From the NCBI GenBank assembly GCA_963692865.2, contig OY843592.1:1984001-2048000 (forward strand): a stretch of 64,000 nt of DNA, written 5' to 3'. Below, in pieces: positions 37,101 to 47,272 of this stretch; positions within the stretch are counted from its first letter, which is position 1; each line of letters opens with the position of its first letter. Origin of the DNA: a bacterium (GTDB lineage: Bacteria; UBA8248). Below the pieces are notes generated by a model, which was not told the origin of the DNA, did not search any database, and was given only the letters and a program-made list of their open reading frames with translations. A program made the position numbers and the translations under genes.

Positions 37101-39695
37101 ATGGGTGTCACTTTTTCCCTCCTGCGCCTTATCGCCTGGCGGCGTTTGAAGGAAGAGCCGTTTCGCCTGTTGCTCACACTGGTGGGCGTGGCGCTCGGCG
37201 TCGCCGTGTTCATCGCCGTCAAGATGGCGAACGAGACGTCCACCCGGGCGTTCGAGAACAGCCTGGCCGCCATTTCGGGAAAGACGCAGCTCGAAGTCTC
37301 CGCGGGCGGACTCGGCGTGGATGAGGATTTGATTCTTCGTCTTCGAGAGACGAAGGGTGTGAGGCGGGCGACGCCCGTCATGCAGCAGCACGTCTGGGTG
37401 CGGAAGGCGGATGGCACAGGCTCCAGGTGGCGGCGCGGCGCCGCATCGCAAGGAAGCGCCGTCCTGACCCTGGGGCTCGACCTGCTGGGAGATAGCGATT
37501 TCAGGGGCTATAAGTTCGAAAATAAGTATTCACGCGAGGAAATTCTCTCGCGCATCGCCGACCCCGAGGGCCTGTTCGTCGCCCGGGGGGTGGCGGATGC
37601 GCTGGGCGTCGGGGCAGGCGATTTCGTGGAGGTCGAGGCCGCGCGGAGAATGCGCTTTCGCGTCCGGGGCGTCCTGAAGCCGGAGGGCATGGCGAAGTCG
37701 ATGGACGGCCGCCTCATCGTCATGGACATCGGCGTCGCGCAGGAGGTATTCGAGCGCTTCGGGCGTCTGGACAGAATCGACCTGATTCTCGAAGATGGAG
37801 AAGAAATCGAATCGTTCCGCGAAAGGATACAAAGCATCCTGCCCCCCGGCGCGGTGATTGATAGGCCCGCGCGGCGCGGACGCGACGTGGAGAAGATGCT
37901 GGCGTCGTTCCAGCTCAATCTCGCGGTGCTGAGCGTCATCGCGCTCCTGGTGGGCTGTTTTCTGATCTACAACACGATGTCGGCATCCGTATTGCGGCGC
38001 AGGGGCGAAATCGCCACCCTGCGCTCGCTGGGCATGACGTCGCGGGGAATCGTCTTCCTCTACGGGGCGGAGGCGCTTTGCATCGGCCTGGCGGGCTCGT
38101 GCCTGGGCGTCGCGATGGGCGTGTTCATGGCCCAGGGCGCGCTCTCGTTCATCTCCCAGACGATCAGGAACCTCTACGCATTTCTGGAGGTGCGCCACGT
38201 TCTCTTCGGCCCGAGTGAGTTTCTTTTGGGATTCGGCGTTGGGCTGGGCGTTTCTCTCGTTTCAGGGATATTTCCGGCAATCGTCGCCTCGCGGCAGAGT
38301 CCCCGCCAGGGCGTCGTGGATAGGCAGGGAAAAGTGGAGGTGCGGCCTGCGGCCGTCGCCGCGTTCGCCGCAAGCGCCTTAATCGCCGCCTTGATCGCCT
38401 ACTGGCTGAACTTGCGCGCCCTGGCGGGGGGAACGCCCTGGCCCGGCTATCTATCGGCGGCTGCGGTCATCCTCGCCACCGCGCTTATCAGCATGCCGGT
38501 CGTCTTGTGCGGCTCGGCCCTCGTCCGGAAGACCCTGGGCGGCGCCTTGAACGCCTGGCTCGCCGCGCACGGTCTGGGCAGGCACCCGCACCGGAACGCG
38601 GTCACGCTCTCCTCGCTGGCGATCGCCGTGGCCATGCTGGTGAGCCTCATCGTCATGATCGAGAGCTTCCGCGCCACGGTGGAAATCTGGACGCAGCAGA
38701 CGCTCAAGGCGGATTTCTACGCCGCGCCCGCGTCGCGCTTCATCAGGGGATCGAACGCGAGCATTTCGGAAGACGCCATCAAGACCATCGGCGGCGTTTC
38801 GGGCGTCGCGGCGGTCGATGGCTTCAGGGCCATACGCCTGCCCTGGCGCGGGGAGCGCATCACCCTGGCGGGAGGGGATTTCCGCATCGTGGCCGAAAGG
38901 GGCCGCCTGCTGTTCCTGGAAGGCGATTCGAAAGAGACGCTCACGAGGGCGAGGACGCGAGGCGAGGCGGTCGTTACGGAGACGTTCTCGAACCTCTACG
39001 GCGTGAAGAAAGGAGACCTCCTCCGCCTCCCGGCGCCGGGGGGCGAGGTCTCGCTGCGCGTTGCGGGCGTGTACTACGACTACACCACGGACGGAGGTTT
39101 CGTCGTCGTGGACCGCGCGTTCCTGAAAAAACATTGGAGGGACGACCGCCTGAGCTCCCTGGCGATGTATCTCACCGAAGATGCGCGGCCTGAGGACGTG
39201 CGCAAATCGCTCGAAAACGTCCTCGACCCCACCATGGTGCTGATCTCGAACGCCGGTCTCAAAAAGCGCGTGTCGAGCATCTTCGATCAGACGTTCGCCA
39301 TCACCTATGCGCTGGAGTTCATCGCCGTCCTGGTGGCTCTGCTCGGCGTGGCGACGGGCCTGAGTTCCAACATTTTAGAGCGCGTGCATGAAATCGGCGC
39401 GCTGCGCGCCATGGGCCTGAACCGCAGGGGAATCGTATCCGCCATCATGGGGGAGGCCGCCATTCTGGGCGCGCTCTCCGTGCTCGCCGGTCTCGCGTCC
39501 GGCGTTTGCCTGGCGGCCATCCTGATTTTCGTCGTCAACAAGCTGAGTTTCGGCTGGACGATCCAGTATATCTTCGCCTGGAAGGCGATGGCGGCGTATC
39601 TGCTCGTGGTGGTTCTCGCCTCGCTGGCGGCGAGCTGGCTCCCCGCGAGAGCCGCGGCGAGAATCCCGGTTCGGGAGGCGTTGAGCGAAGAATGA
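37101..39695 (+). CDS. FtsX/MacB-like ABC permease (duplicated architecture)
   Basis: Two repeats of TM-periplasmic-TM with EIATLRSLGM and EIGALRAMGL. Confidence 0.92.
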   Translation: MGVTFSLLRLIAWRRLKEEPFRLLLTLVGVALGVAVFIAVKMANETSTRAFENSLAAISGKTQLEVSAGGLGVDEDLILRLRETKGVRRATPVMQQHVWVRKADGTGSRWRRGAASQGSAVLTLGLDLLGDSDFRGYKFENKYSREEILSRIADPEGLFVARGVADALGVGAGDFVEVEAARRMRFRVRGVLKPEGMAKSMDGRLIVMDIGVAQEVFERFGRLDRIDLILEDGEEIESFRERIQSILPPGAVIDRPARRGRDVEKMLASFQLNLAVLSVIALLVGCFLIYNTMSASVLRRRGEIATLRSLGMTSRGIVFLYGAEALCIGLAGSCLGVAMGVFMAQGALSFISQTIRNLYAFLEVRHVLFGPSEFLLGFGVGLGVSLVSGIFPAIVASRQSPRQGVVDRQGKVEVRPAAVAAFAASALIAALIAYWLNLRALAGGTPWPGYLSAAAVILATALISMPVVLCGSALVRKTLGGALNAWLAAHGLGRHPHRNAVTLSSLAIAVAMLVSLIVMIESFRATVEIWTQQTLKADFYAAPASRFIRGSNASISEDAIKTIGGVSGVAAVDGFRAIRLPWRGERITLAGGDFRIVAERGRLLFLEGDSKETLTRARTRGEAVVTETFSNLYGVKKGDLLRLPAPGGEVSLRVAGVYYDYTTDGGFVVVDRAFLKKHWRDDRLSSLAMYLTEDARPEDVRKSLENVLDPTMVLISNAGLKKRVSSIFDQTFAITYALEFIAVLVALLGVATGLSSNILERVHEIGALRAMGLNRRGIVSAIMGEAAILGALSVLAGLASGVCLAAILIFVVNKLSFGWTIQYIFAWKAMAAYLLVVVLASLAASWLPARAAARIPVREALSEE

Positions 39696-40804
39696 AAAAA
39701 CTTATTCCATATCTTCTGGCCGCCGTCTTCATCCTGGGCGCAGCGCCCGCGCATCCTGCGAACTGGCGGCAGGCGCTGCCCGGCTATCGCTACCAGTTTC
39801 CCCGCGACAACGGCGCGCACGAGGCGTTCCGCACGGAGTGGTGGTATTTCTCGGGCAACCTGCAGGATTCGCAAGGCGGGAAGTACCCGTTCATGCTCAC
39901 GTTCTTCCGGGCGGGGCTTCGTCCCGGAGAGCCGCCGAAATCGAAGAGCCGCTGGGCGCTCAGGAATCTCTATTTCGGGCACTTCTCGGTCCTGGACGCG
40001 AAGCGCAAGAAGCACCGGTTTTCGGAGCGAATCAGCCGGGGCGAACTCGAACAGGCGGGCGCGTCGGAGGCGGGCCTCAAGGTCTGGCTGCGCGACTGGC
40101 GCGCCGAAAGCGCGGGCGGAGAAGGCTCATTCTCGATCCGCATCGGCGCGGCGGCGCCCGGGATGAAACTGCGCCTCGATCTGAAGCCCGCGAAACCCCT
40201 CGTCATTCACGGCGAGAACGGGGTGAGCCGGAAGGCGCCCGGTCCCGGACGCGCGTCCCATTATTATTCGTACACGCGGCTTCTCGCGTCGGGCGCTCTC
40301 GAAATCGAGGGGAGAAGACTCGACGTGCGCGGAACGGCCTGGATGGACCATGAGTTCGGCTCGAACCAGTTGACGAAGGACCAGGTGGGGTGGGACTGGC
40401 TGAGCCTCCAGTTGTCCGACGGTCGGGATTTGATGTTGTATCTCATGAGGCGAAAAGACGGGAGCGTGGAGCCTACGAGCAGCGGCACGCTGGTGGAGGC
40501 GGACGGCGGCGCGACGCACCTGCGCCTCGGGGATTTCAAGTTCAAGGGCGTGGATACCTGGAAGAGCGGGCGAAGCGGCGCCGTCTATCCCATGGGGTGG
40601 GAGGTCGAGGTGCCCGCCCACGGCCTCCGCTTGCGGGTGAAGCCGTATGCGCTCGCGCAGGAGATAGAATCGAAGGGCAGCACGGGCATCACCTATTGGG
40701 AAGGGGGCGTTTTCGCCGAAGGCGGTTCGGGCGAAAAAAAGCTCACGGGGGTGGGCTTTATCGAGATGACGGGGTACGCTTCCGAGGGACGACCCAAATT
40801 CTGA
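39692..40804 (+). CDS. AttH/CrtC-like lipocalin-fold secreted protein
   Basis: Signal peptide; FPRD.GAH..FRTEWWY, SHYYS, AWMDHEF, GWDW and YWEG. Confidence 0.88.
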   Translation: MKKLIPYLLAAVFILGAAPAHPANWRQALPGYRYQFPRDNGAHEAFRTEWWYFSGNLQDSQGGKYPFMLTFFRAGLRPGEPPKSKSRWALRNLYFGHFSVLDAKRKKHRFSERISRGELEQAGASEAGLKVWLRDWRAESAGGEGSFSIRIGAAAPGMKLRLDLKPAKPLVIHGENGVSRKAPGPGRASHYYSYTRLLASGALEIEGRRLDVRGTAWMDHEFGSNQLTKDQVGWDWLSLQLSDGRDLMLYLMRRKDGSVEPTSSGTLVEADGGATHLRLGDFKFKGVDTWKSGRSGAVYPMGWEVEVPAHGLRLRVKPYALAQEIESKGSTGITYWEGGVFAEGGSGEKKLTGVGFIEMTGYASEGRPKF

Positions 40805-40853
40805 TTTTCATGCTCCTCTCGGGGGGACGGACTCTTATGTGTGGAGACGCGAG

Positions 40854-41750
40854 ATGGCGGAAAGCGCGAACATCGGAGTCGTAGGACTCGGCCTCATGGG
40901 AACGGCCATGAGCCGGAAACTGATCGAAGCGGGACACCGCGTACGGGGTTTCGACATCGACCGGAGCAGACTCGATGCGCTCGCAGAGAACGGAGGCGCG
41001 CCCACCGGCTCGGCGGCGGAGGCGGCGGAGGATGCGCAGTTCGTCATCATCTCCCTGCTCTACAGCCACGTCGTCCGCGAGAGCTGCCTGGGCGATGGGG
41101 GCATCGCGAGCGCGGCGCGAGACGGCCTCATCATCATCGACACCTCCACCTCCAGCCCCGATGAATCGGAAGGGCTCGGGGAAGACCTCCGCGAACAGGG
41201 AATCGGCTTTCTCGATGCGAGCCTGAGCGGTTCGCGCAATCAGGTGCTCGAGGGACAGATCGTCTCCGTCGTCGGGGGCGAGGAGAGCGATTTCGAGAAG
41301 GCAGAGCCGATACTCGCCACCTTCGCCCGCTCCATCCACCACATGGGGCCGAACGGCGCGGGCGCGCGGACGAAGCTCGTCATCAACCTCGTGCTGGGTC
41401 TGACGCGCCTGGCGCTCTCGGAGGGCCTCGTTCTGGGCATGAAGTCGGACCTGGAGATGGAGCGCCTGCTCGAAGTGCTCAAGGACAGCGCGGCCTACAG
41501 CAAGGCCATGGACCAGCGCGGCCCCCGGATGATCCACGCGGATTACGACAATCCCCTCTCGCGCATCAAGCAGCACCACAAGGACGTGCGGCTCATGCTG
41601 GAGCAGGGCCAGAAGCTCGGCTCCCCCATGCTGCTCAGTTCCGTGCACCAGCAGGTGCTCCAGGCCGCAGAGCACGGCGGCCTCGCCGATGCGGACACGT
41701 CGGCCATCATCGAGGTATTCAGGCGCATGGCGGGCATTCCCTCCCGCTAG
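40854..41750 (+). CDS. Beta-hydroxyacid dehydrogenase family NAD(P)-dependent oxidoreductase
   Basis: GVVGLGLMG, DTSTS, FLDASLSG, catalytic K in TKLVIN, and KDVRL. Confidence 0.9.
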   Translation: MAESANIGVVGLGLMGTAMSRKLIEAGHRVRGFDIDRSRLDALAENGGAPTGSAAEAAEDAQFVIISLLYSHVVRESCLGDGGIASAARDGLIIIDTSTSSPDESEGLGEDLREQGIGFLDASLSGSRNQVLEGQIVSVVGGEESDFEKAEPILATFARSIHHMGPNGAGARTKLVINLVLGLTRLALSEGLVLGMKSDLEMERLLEVLKDSAAYSKAMDQRGPRMIHADYDNPLSRIKQHHKDVRLMLEQGQKLGSPMLLSSVHQQVLQAAEHGGLADADTSAIIEVFRRMAGIPSR

Positions 41751-41788
41751 GCGCATGGTGTGCATCCCAAAGTGAAGGACCCGCAGAC

Positions 41789-43390
41789 ATGGTGAAAAGA
41801 ATATCCCCGGTCGTACTGAAGGAATTGATGGAAAGCGCCCGCGCCCACGCCGTATTGGACGTGCGCGACCCGATGGAGTTTCACGAAAAACAGATTTTCA
41901 TGACGACGAACGCCCCGCGCGGCGAAATCGAGTTTCTGGCTGAGCGCCTCGTACCCGTGAAGGCGACGCCCGTGGTGTGCGTGGACGATGGAGATCTCAG
42001 GGCGGAGCGCGTCGCCGCGTTGCTCGAAGAGTGCGGTTACGCGGACGTCTCGGTGCTCGAAGGCGGCCTGGGCGCATGGGAGGCGCAAGCGTATCCCACG
42101 GTTTCGGGAACGAACGTGCCGAGCAAGGACTTCGGCGAGCGGATTCACGTGGAAAACGAGGTGCCCGAGATCACGGCGCGTGAGCTGTATGAGCTGATCG
42201 AGAGCGATACGCCGCCGCGCATATTCGACACGAGGACGGAGGTGGAGTTCGAGCGCTTCTGCGTCCCCACGGGGCGGAGCCTGCCGGGGGGAGAACTCAT
42301 CCTCCACGCATGGGATCTGGGCCAGGACAGGGAAACGCCCCTCATCATCAACTGCGCGGGCCGCACCCGCAGCATCATCGGCACGCAGGCGCTTCACCGT
42401 CTGGGCGTCACGCACGCGCGCGCGCTCAAAAACGGCGGCATGGGCATCATTCTGGAAGGCTTGCAACTCGATGAGGGGAAACCGAGCGAGATTCCCGCTC
42501 CTTCCGACCAGAGCCGCGCCCACGGGGAAGCGCTCGGCGCGCAGGTGGCCGAAGATGAGGGGATTCCCTTCGTCTCGGTCGATGAGCTTCAAGCGTTTCA
42601 GGTGGGAGCAGACGCCAATACGCTCTACGTGCTCGACGTGCGTCTCGCGCCCGAGTTCTCGGAGGGCCATATTCCGGGGGCCATCTCCATTCCCGGCGGG
42701 CAGGCGGCGCAGCGCACCGACGAGGTGATCGCGGTGCGCGCGGGCAAGGTCGTTACCTATTGCGACAAGAACGCGCGCGGCGTCATGGCGGCCTACTGGC
42801 TTCGCCAGATGGGACTCGACGTGAGCGTGCTGCGCGGCGGCCTTAACGCTTGGCGCGAAGCCGGAGGAGCAATCGAGAAGCCGAGCGAGGCGGCTTCGGG
42901 AGAAAGCCCGGCGGGGGCGGGGGACGTTCTTCTCCTTGAACAAGCGCGCGCGCAAACCCGCGCCTATTCGGCGGGGGAGGCGAGCGCCCGGAGGCCGAGG
43001 TTCGGCGCGGTCCTGGACGTGGATTTGAGTTCCTCCTATGAGAAAGGCCACCTGCCGGGTTCCGTCTGGGTGTCCAGGGGCCGGCTGGAAGAGGGGGCGC
43101 CCGAGCGGGCGGTGAACAAGAGGGCGCGGGTGATTTGCGTCTGCGAGGACGGGCGAAAATCCGCCCTGAGCGCGTTAGTTCTCCAAAAACTCGGCTACCG
43201 CAGAGCCGGCTACCTCGAAGGCGGCAAGGCGGCCTGGCGGGAGGCGGGGCATCCTCTCGATACGGGACGCGAGGGGTTGGATGCGCAGCCCAGGGACGTG
43301 CAGCTCAAGCCCTACGACATCGGGCGCAGCGCGATGGAGGGCTACCTCACCTGGGAGGAGAATTTGGGCAAGAAATACGCCCGAAAGTAA
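41789..43390 (+). CDS. Multi-domain (4x) rhodanese sulfurtransferase
   Basis: Four LDVR/FDTR...(GHIPG)...L.GG..AW units; CAGRTRS active-site loop in domain 2. Confidence 0.9.
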   Translation: MVKRISPVVLKELMESARAHAVLDVRDPMEFHEKQIFMTTNAPRGEIEFLAERLVPVKATPVVCVDDGDLRAERVAALLEECGYADVSVLEGGLGAWEAQAYPTVSGTNVPSKDFGERIHVENEVPEITARELYELIESDTPPRIFDTRTEVEFERFCVPTGRSLPGGELILHAWDLGQDRETPLIINCAGRTRSIIGTQALHRLGVTHARALKNGGMGIILEGLQLDEGKPSEIPAPSDQSRAHGEALGAQVAEDEGIPFVSVDELQAFQVGADANTLYVLDVRLAPEFSEGHIPGAISIPGGQAAQRTDEVIAVRAGKVVTYCDKNARGVMAAYWLRQMGLDVSVLRGGLNAWREAGGAIEKPSEAASGESPAGAGDVLLLEQARAQTRAYSAGEASARRPRFGAVLDVDLSSSYEKGHLPGSVWVSRGRLEEGAPERAVNKRARVICVCEDGRKSALSALVLQKLGYRRAGYLEGGKAAWREAGHPLDTGREGLDAQPRDVQLKPYDIGRSAMEGYLTWEENLGKKYARK

Positions 43391-43409
43391 CGCCCGGCGT
43401 ATTCCGAGC

Positions 43410-43859
43410 CTACTCCGGCCGCGTAGGGTTGGGCGAGGCGCCCGGCCGCTGTTTTCTCGCGTTCAATGAGGCGATGATCTCGAATTCGAGGTTTTCGTTG
43501 TAGGCGTTCACCTGCCTCGGGATCGTGAACAGATCCACGACCCACCAGGCGCCGTAGACGAGCAGGGCGAGCAGGCTCAAAGCGGCGGTCGCGCCGCCCG
43601 CCTCGGGGTTCGACTCCGCCATGACGAAGCCGACCACGAAGACGAGAATCAATACCCACGGGGCGACGACGTAGACCACGCCCGTCGCGATTCTGCCCAG
43701 GTAGAACTTGTGCAGCCCCAGCCAACTCAGAAAAAACCAAAGCGCGAACGTGACGCCCGTCGATTTCCGGCGGCGGTCGAGTTCGATGTTCAGGATGTGG
43801 AGTTCACGCTCGTCCAGCCCGCTCTTGAGCGTGATGAGCCGCTCGCTCTGGTTCGTCAT
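43410..43859 (-). CDS. TM2-domain membrane protein
   Basis: KS.G....LWFFL..LGLHKFYLG and WW.VDLFTIP; start overlaps the upstream stop (TGATG). Confidence 0.88.
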   Translation of the reverse strand: MTNQSERLITLKSGLDERELHILNIELDRRRKSTGVTFALWFFLSWLGLHKFYLGRIATGVVYVVAPWVLILVFVVGFVMAESNPEAGGATAALSLLALLVYGAWWVVDLFTIPRQVNAYNENLEFEIIASLNARKQRPGASPNPTRPE

Positions 43860-44452
43860 CAGTCGCAGTTGTTGTGCCGGCGCCACATTTCCGCGTTGTG
43901 GCCCTTGGGGACGTTGGCGCAGGGGTCCGGCTTGGAATAGCCCCTGAGCGCGTTGTAGGTGCGAATCTGCTTCTCGGAGAGAACCTTCAAAGTCTCGATG
44001 TGCGCGGCCAGATGGACGTAGCGCAATTCCTTTTTCGCCTCGGCGATGGCGCTCAAGGAAGCGCGCAGCAGCGCATCGGTAATGGTTCGGTCCCGGAAGC
44101 CGCTCTCGAGACGCCGCTCCAGATTGATCAGGCGTTCGCCGTGATGGATGGCCCGGCTCTTCATGCGCCGGTATATCGCGCCGATGGCCGCGCGCTGGGT
44201 TTCGTCCAGGCCGATTTCATCCTTCATCTCCAGTAGATGTATCGGCCCCGGGACGCCGTTCAACTCCGCCGCCTTGGCCAGCCCCCAACCGCCTCCGCGC
44301 TTGAGCTCGGCGATGTCCTCCGCCGAGAGGCTCTTGATCGCGCGGTTTTCCTGGCCGGCGTATTTCGAATGATGGGACGATGAGCCTTCATTCGCCTCCG
44401 CGGCGAAAACGGCCGACAGCGATAATACGAGAATCAACAAAACTTTCATCAT
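43859..44452 (-). CDS. Periplasmic Spy/CpxP-like helical protein
   Basis: Signal peptide; G.GLAK.AELNG.PGP.H.LE; L...Q repeats ending LSEKQ...Y..LRGY. Confidence 0.75.
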   Translation of the reverse strand: MMKVLLILVLSLSAVFAAEANEGSSSHHSKYAGQENRAIKSLSAEDIAELKRGGGWGLAKAAELNGVPGPIHLLEMKDEIGLDETQRAAIGAIYRRMKSRAIHHGERLINLERRLESGFRDRTITDALLRASLSAIAEAKKELRYVHLAAHIETLKVLSEKQIRTYNALRGYSKPDPCANVPKGHNAEMWRRHNNCD

Positions 44453-44524
44453 GCAAATCTCTCCTCGGGCTTTATTTCGGCGGCGCTTGTACGGCGACGG
44501 GTTTTTTCTTGCGGCGGCTTCCAG

Positions 44525-44809
44525 TCAGGTGTTGATGATGCCCGGTTCGTTCCGGCTGATGTCCCACCCCTTCGATTCCATGAAGTCCCTGAATCTTCCC
44601 CAGTCGAATTTGCCGGACTCATGGAACTGAAGGATGGATTCTCTTGAGAGGCGGTTCTTCATCCACTGATAGAGCGGCTCTCCGAGCGTATCGTGGTGCT
44701 GTGCCGCGAATTCCACCAGCGGCATTCCTTCCGGTTCGAGCACGATCCAGTAGCTGCTTCTGTATTTTACCAGCTTCAGGTCTTCTTCCAAAGGCTTGGG
44801 TTCGCTCAT
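44525..44809 (-). CDS. Hypothetical protein (94 aa)
   Basis: Non-overlapping ORF, co-oriented with neighbours, with protein-like composition. Confidence 0.65.
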   Translation of the reverse strand: MSEPKPLEEDLKLVKYRSSYWIVLEPEGMPLVEFAAQHHDTLGEPLYQWMKNRLSRESILQFHESGKFDWGRFRDFMESKGWDISRNEPGIINT

Positions 44810-44971
44810 CTTTTTGTCCGGGTCCTCGTGATGAATGCGGCGGGCAAGTTTGATTTTTCGTCCGATTCGGCGCCTGTGAAGCGCCCGAAAACCGCTTTCG
44901 CGTCGTGAGAATATAGCAAGGCCGGGAACGCGATGGAAGAGAAAACGCCGAGGCTCGGGGGCGCGGAATTT

Positions 44972-45634
44972 TCACTCCCATTTCCTTCGCATCATCTTCA
45001 CGAGCTCGGCGCCCGATTCGCCGGCGTCGAACCGTCGGGTGAATTCCTCCTCGATTTCCATGACGATTCGCGTGCGCTCGCGCACCGCTTCGGTTTCATC
45101 CTTCGGCACAACGGCCACGCCGTCCGCATCGGCGACGATGATGTCTCCGGGCGCCACCCGCACCCCGCAGCAGGTGACGGGTACGTCGCGCTCCGAGGCG
45201 ACCAGGCGTCTGGAATAGGGCAGGGGCCGCGCGCCGCGGCACCACACGGGCAGGCCCAGTTCCCTGATTTCCAGAACGTCGCGCGCCCGCCCGTCCGTGA
45301 CGACGCCCGCGGCGCCGCGCCTGTGGATGACGCGCGCGCCGTTGGCTCCCAGGACGGCCATGTCGCTCGCTTCCGTCGCGAGCACGACGAACCTGCCCGG
45401 CTCCATCTCCTCGTGCGTCCCGTAGAGGCTCACGCGGGAGGGGTTCACCTCGCCCCGGACGGGCTCGAAGCGCATGGTGGCCGCAGGGGCTGCGACGCGC
45501 TCCTCCGTGAAGGGGGTGAGCGGGCCGACGTCCTTCATGATGAGGTCGAGGCCCAGAAATATCGAGGCGTCCGCGATGGCGGTCGTCGGCGCGCGGGAGA
45601 AGAATTCGAGAGCGTCTTCCATGGGTTTCTCCAT
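44972..45634 (-). CDS. RraA family / HMG aldolase-like protein
   Basis: GVVTDGRARD and V.PGDIIVADADGVAVVP. Confidence 0.9.
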   Translation of the reverse strand: MEKPMEDALEFFSRAPTTAIADASIFLGLDLIMKDVGPLTPFTEERVAAPAATMRFEPVRGEVNPSRVSLYGTHEEMEPGRFVVLATEASDMAVLGANGARVIHRRGAAGVVTDGRARDVLEIRELGLPVWCRGARPLPYSRRLVASERDVPVTCCGVRVAPGDIIVADADGVAVVPKDETEAVRERTRIVMEIEEEFTRRFDAGESGAELVKMMRRKWE

Positions 45635-45780
45635 GTGGTGAGAAGCGTGGATGTGGGGATTGCCTTGGATTTCGTTTAGTCTTCTGTTTGAAATTCAAAT
45701 CTCAATATATTATGGTCTGTTGTACGAGCGTTCCGAAGGACCCAATATACATTTCAAGTCCTTGAGGAGAGCGTGGAAAA

Positions 45781-45948
45781 ATGACTGCCGAAATGATCGA
45801 AATCGCCGCTTTTGGAATCGCCATCCTGGCCTACCTTTACAGGTTGGAGAGGAAGTTTGATAGCCGCCTCTCCGCCCTGGAAGCGAGAATGTCTCGCCTC
45901 GAAGGCATGTTCGAGGGTTTTCTGGCGGCGCAAAAATCTCCTACTTAA
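45781..45948 (+). CDS. Small protein (55 aa), one TM helix plus coiled coil; below the ORF-track cutoff
   Basis: GAGGAG upstream; MTAEMIEIAAFGIAILAYLYRLERKFDSRLSALEARMSRLEGMFEGFLAAQKSPT. Confidence 0.7.
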   Translation: MTAEMIEIAAFGIAILAYLYRLERKFDSRLSALEARMSRLEGMFEGFLAAQKSPT

Positions 45949-45987
45949 TCGATCATTCCCCTACGAAACTCCCGCAAGCCCGACCGC

Positions 45988-46680
45988 CTACTCCACCACG
46001 GCCACGGCCCGGCAGGGGGAGCCTTCGATACCCGGCATCTTGAGCGGCAGCGCGATGACCTCGAAGCGCTCCTGCGGTATGGCGGAGAGGTTCGTCATAT
46101 GCTCGATCTGGATGATCCCGTTCCCGAGCAGCGTCCGGTGGACGACGTAGTTCTCGGGCACGTTCTCGGGAATCTTCTTGACTTCCTCTTCCTGGAGAAA
46201 ATCGAAGCCGGCCGCCTTCACGCCCTTGTCCACGAGCCATCTGGCGCCGTCGCCGGTCAGGAAGGGCGAGTTCCTCAGGTAGGCGTCCGAACCCCAGAAC
46301 TTGTCCGTAAAATCGGTGCGCAGCAGGGCGATGTCGTTTTCCTGGACGAGGCCTGAGTGCGCCTCCAAATCCCCGGCGGAGATGGGCGCATCCGCCCCCT
46401 TGGATGAGAAATCGAGGAGGCAGGCGGGCCCCATGAAGCGGTCGAGTTCCACCTCGTCCGTCGTCTTGCCCCAGCGGTAGATGTGGCGCGGACAATCGAG
46501 GTGCGTGCCCGCGTGGGCGAATATGGAGAGCCAGCTGTCGACGAACACGACGTCGGGTTCTTTTCGGGGCGGGAAGTATTTGCGCCGCACGGAGGTTTCG
46601 GCGTTCATCATCTTGCCCACGGCGGCCGCCACGGGGTCCATTTCGTCGTAGTGGGCGAGACTCAAATCAATGATCGGCAT
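45988..46680 (-). CDS. Cyclase family protein
   Basis: HAGTHLDCPRH, IEHMTNL and LPLK..G.EGSPCRAVA. Confidence 0.93.
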   Translation of the reverse strand: MPIIDLSLAHYDEMDPVAAAVGKMMNAETSVRRKYFPPRKEPDVVFVDSWLSIFAHAGTHLDCPRHIYRWGKTTDEVELDRFMGPACLLDFSSKGADAPISAGDLEAHSGLVQENDIALLRTDFTDKFWGSDAYLRNSPFLTGDGARWLVDKGVKAAGFDFLQEEEVKKIPENVPENYVVHRTLLGNGIIQIEHMTNLSAIPQERFEVIALPLKMPGIEGSPCRAVAVVE

Positions 46681-46758
46681 GGGGGCTCCTTGATACTGTA
46701 TGAGTGACTTGTGCTCCTGTGTTTTTGGAGGATGCCGGGTTCATCCTGTCATAAAGAC

Positions 46759-47155
46759 GGCGTTTTGAAAAAGTCCCCCAAAGGAGTTGTCAACCCCAAT
46801 CGAGAGAGTTCACCGTCATTCCGGCGAAAGCCGGAATCCAGAGCAGACGAGGATATCGAATCGCAGGACGACCAGGAAAAATGATAAAGCGAAAAGACAA
46901 ATACAAAAACAAAGTCCCTGGATTCCGGCATGCGCCGGAATGACGATCAAAACCGCATTCACCCGTAGTAGGGCGGCCCCCTGTGGCCGTCCTACCCCCC
47001 CGTGGCCGCCCTTATCAGATATGACCATCCCCGTGGTTGCGCTGCGCAGGGACAGGCGCAGGGTCTCGGACAGGCACGGGGGCCTGTCCCTACGAGCCTC
47101 CTTCTCGTTTGGTTGCATACGCCGAATCACAGAAGCAGGACTTTTCACAACTTCC
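46759..47155. repeat. Composite intergenic repeat mosaic
   Basis: Inverted CGTCATTCCGGCG..GCCGGAATCCA pair, GTAG modules and degenerate ends. Confidence 0.8.
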
Positions 47156-47272
47156 TTTCCGCCGCCTGTGCTTTATCGAACCGCCGCCCCGGCGTGAACG
47201 CGCCGCTTCTCACGCTCCCGATTTGGGGATAGAATTTCGCCGTTCATCTGACTTTAGCCGGGAGGAGGAAGG

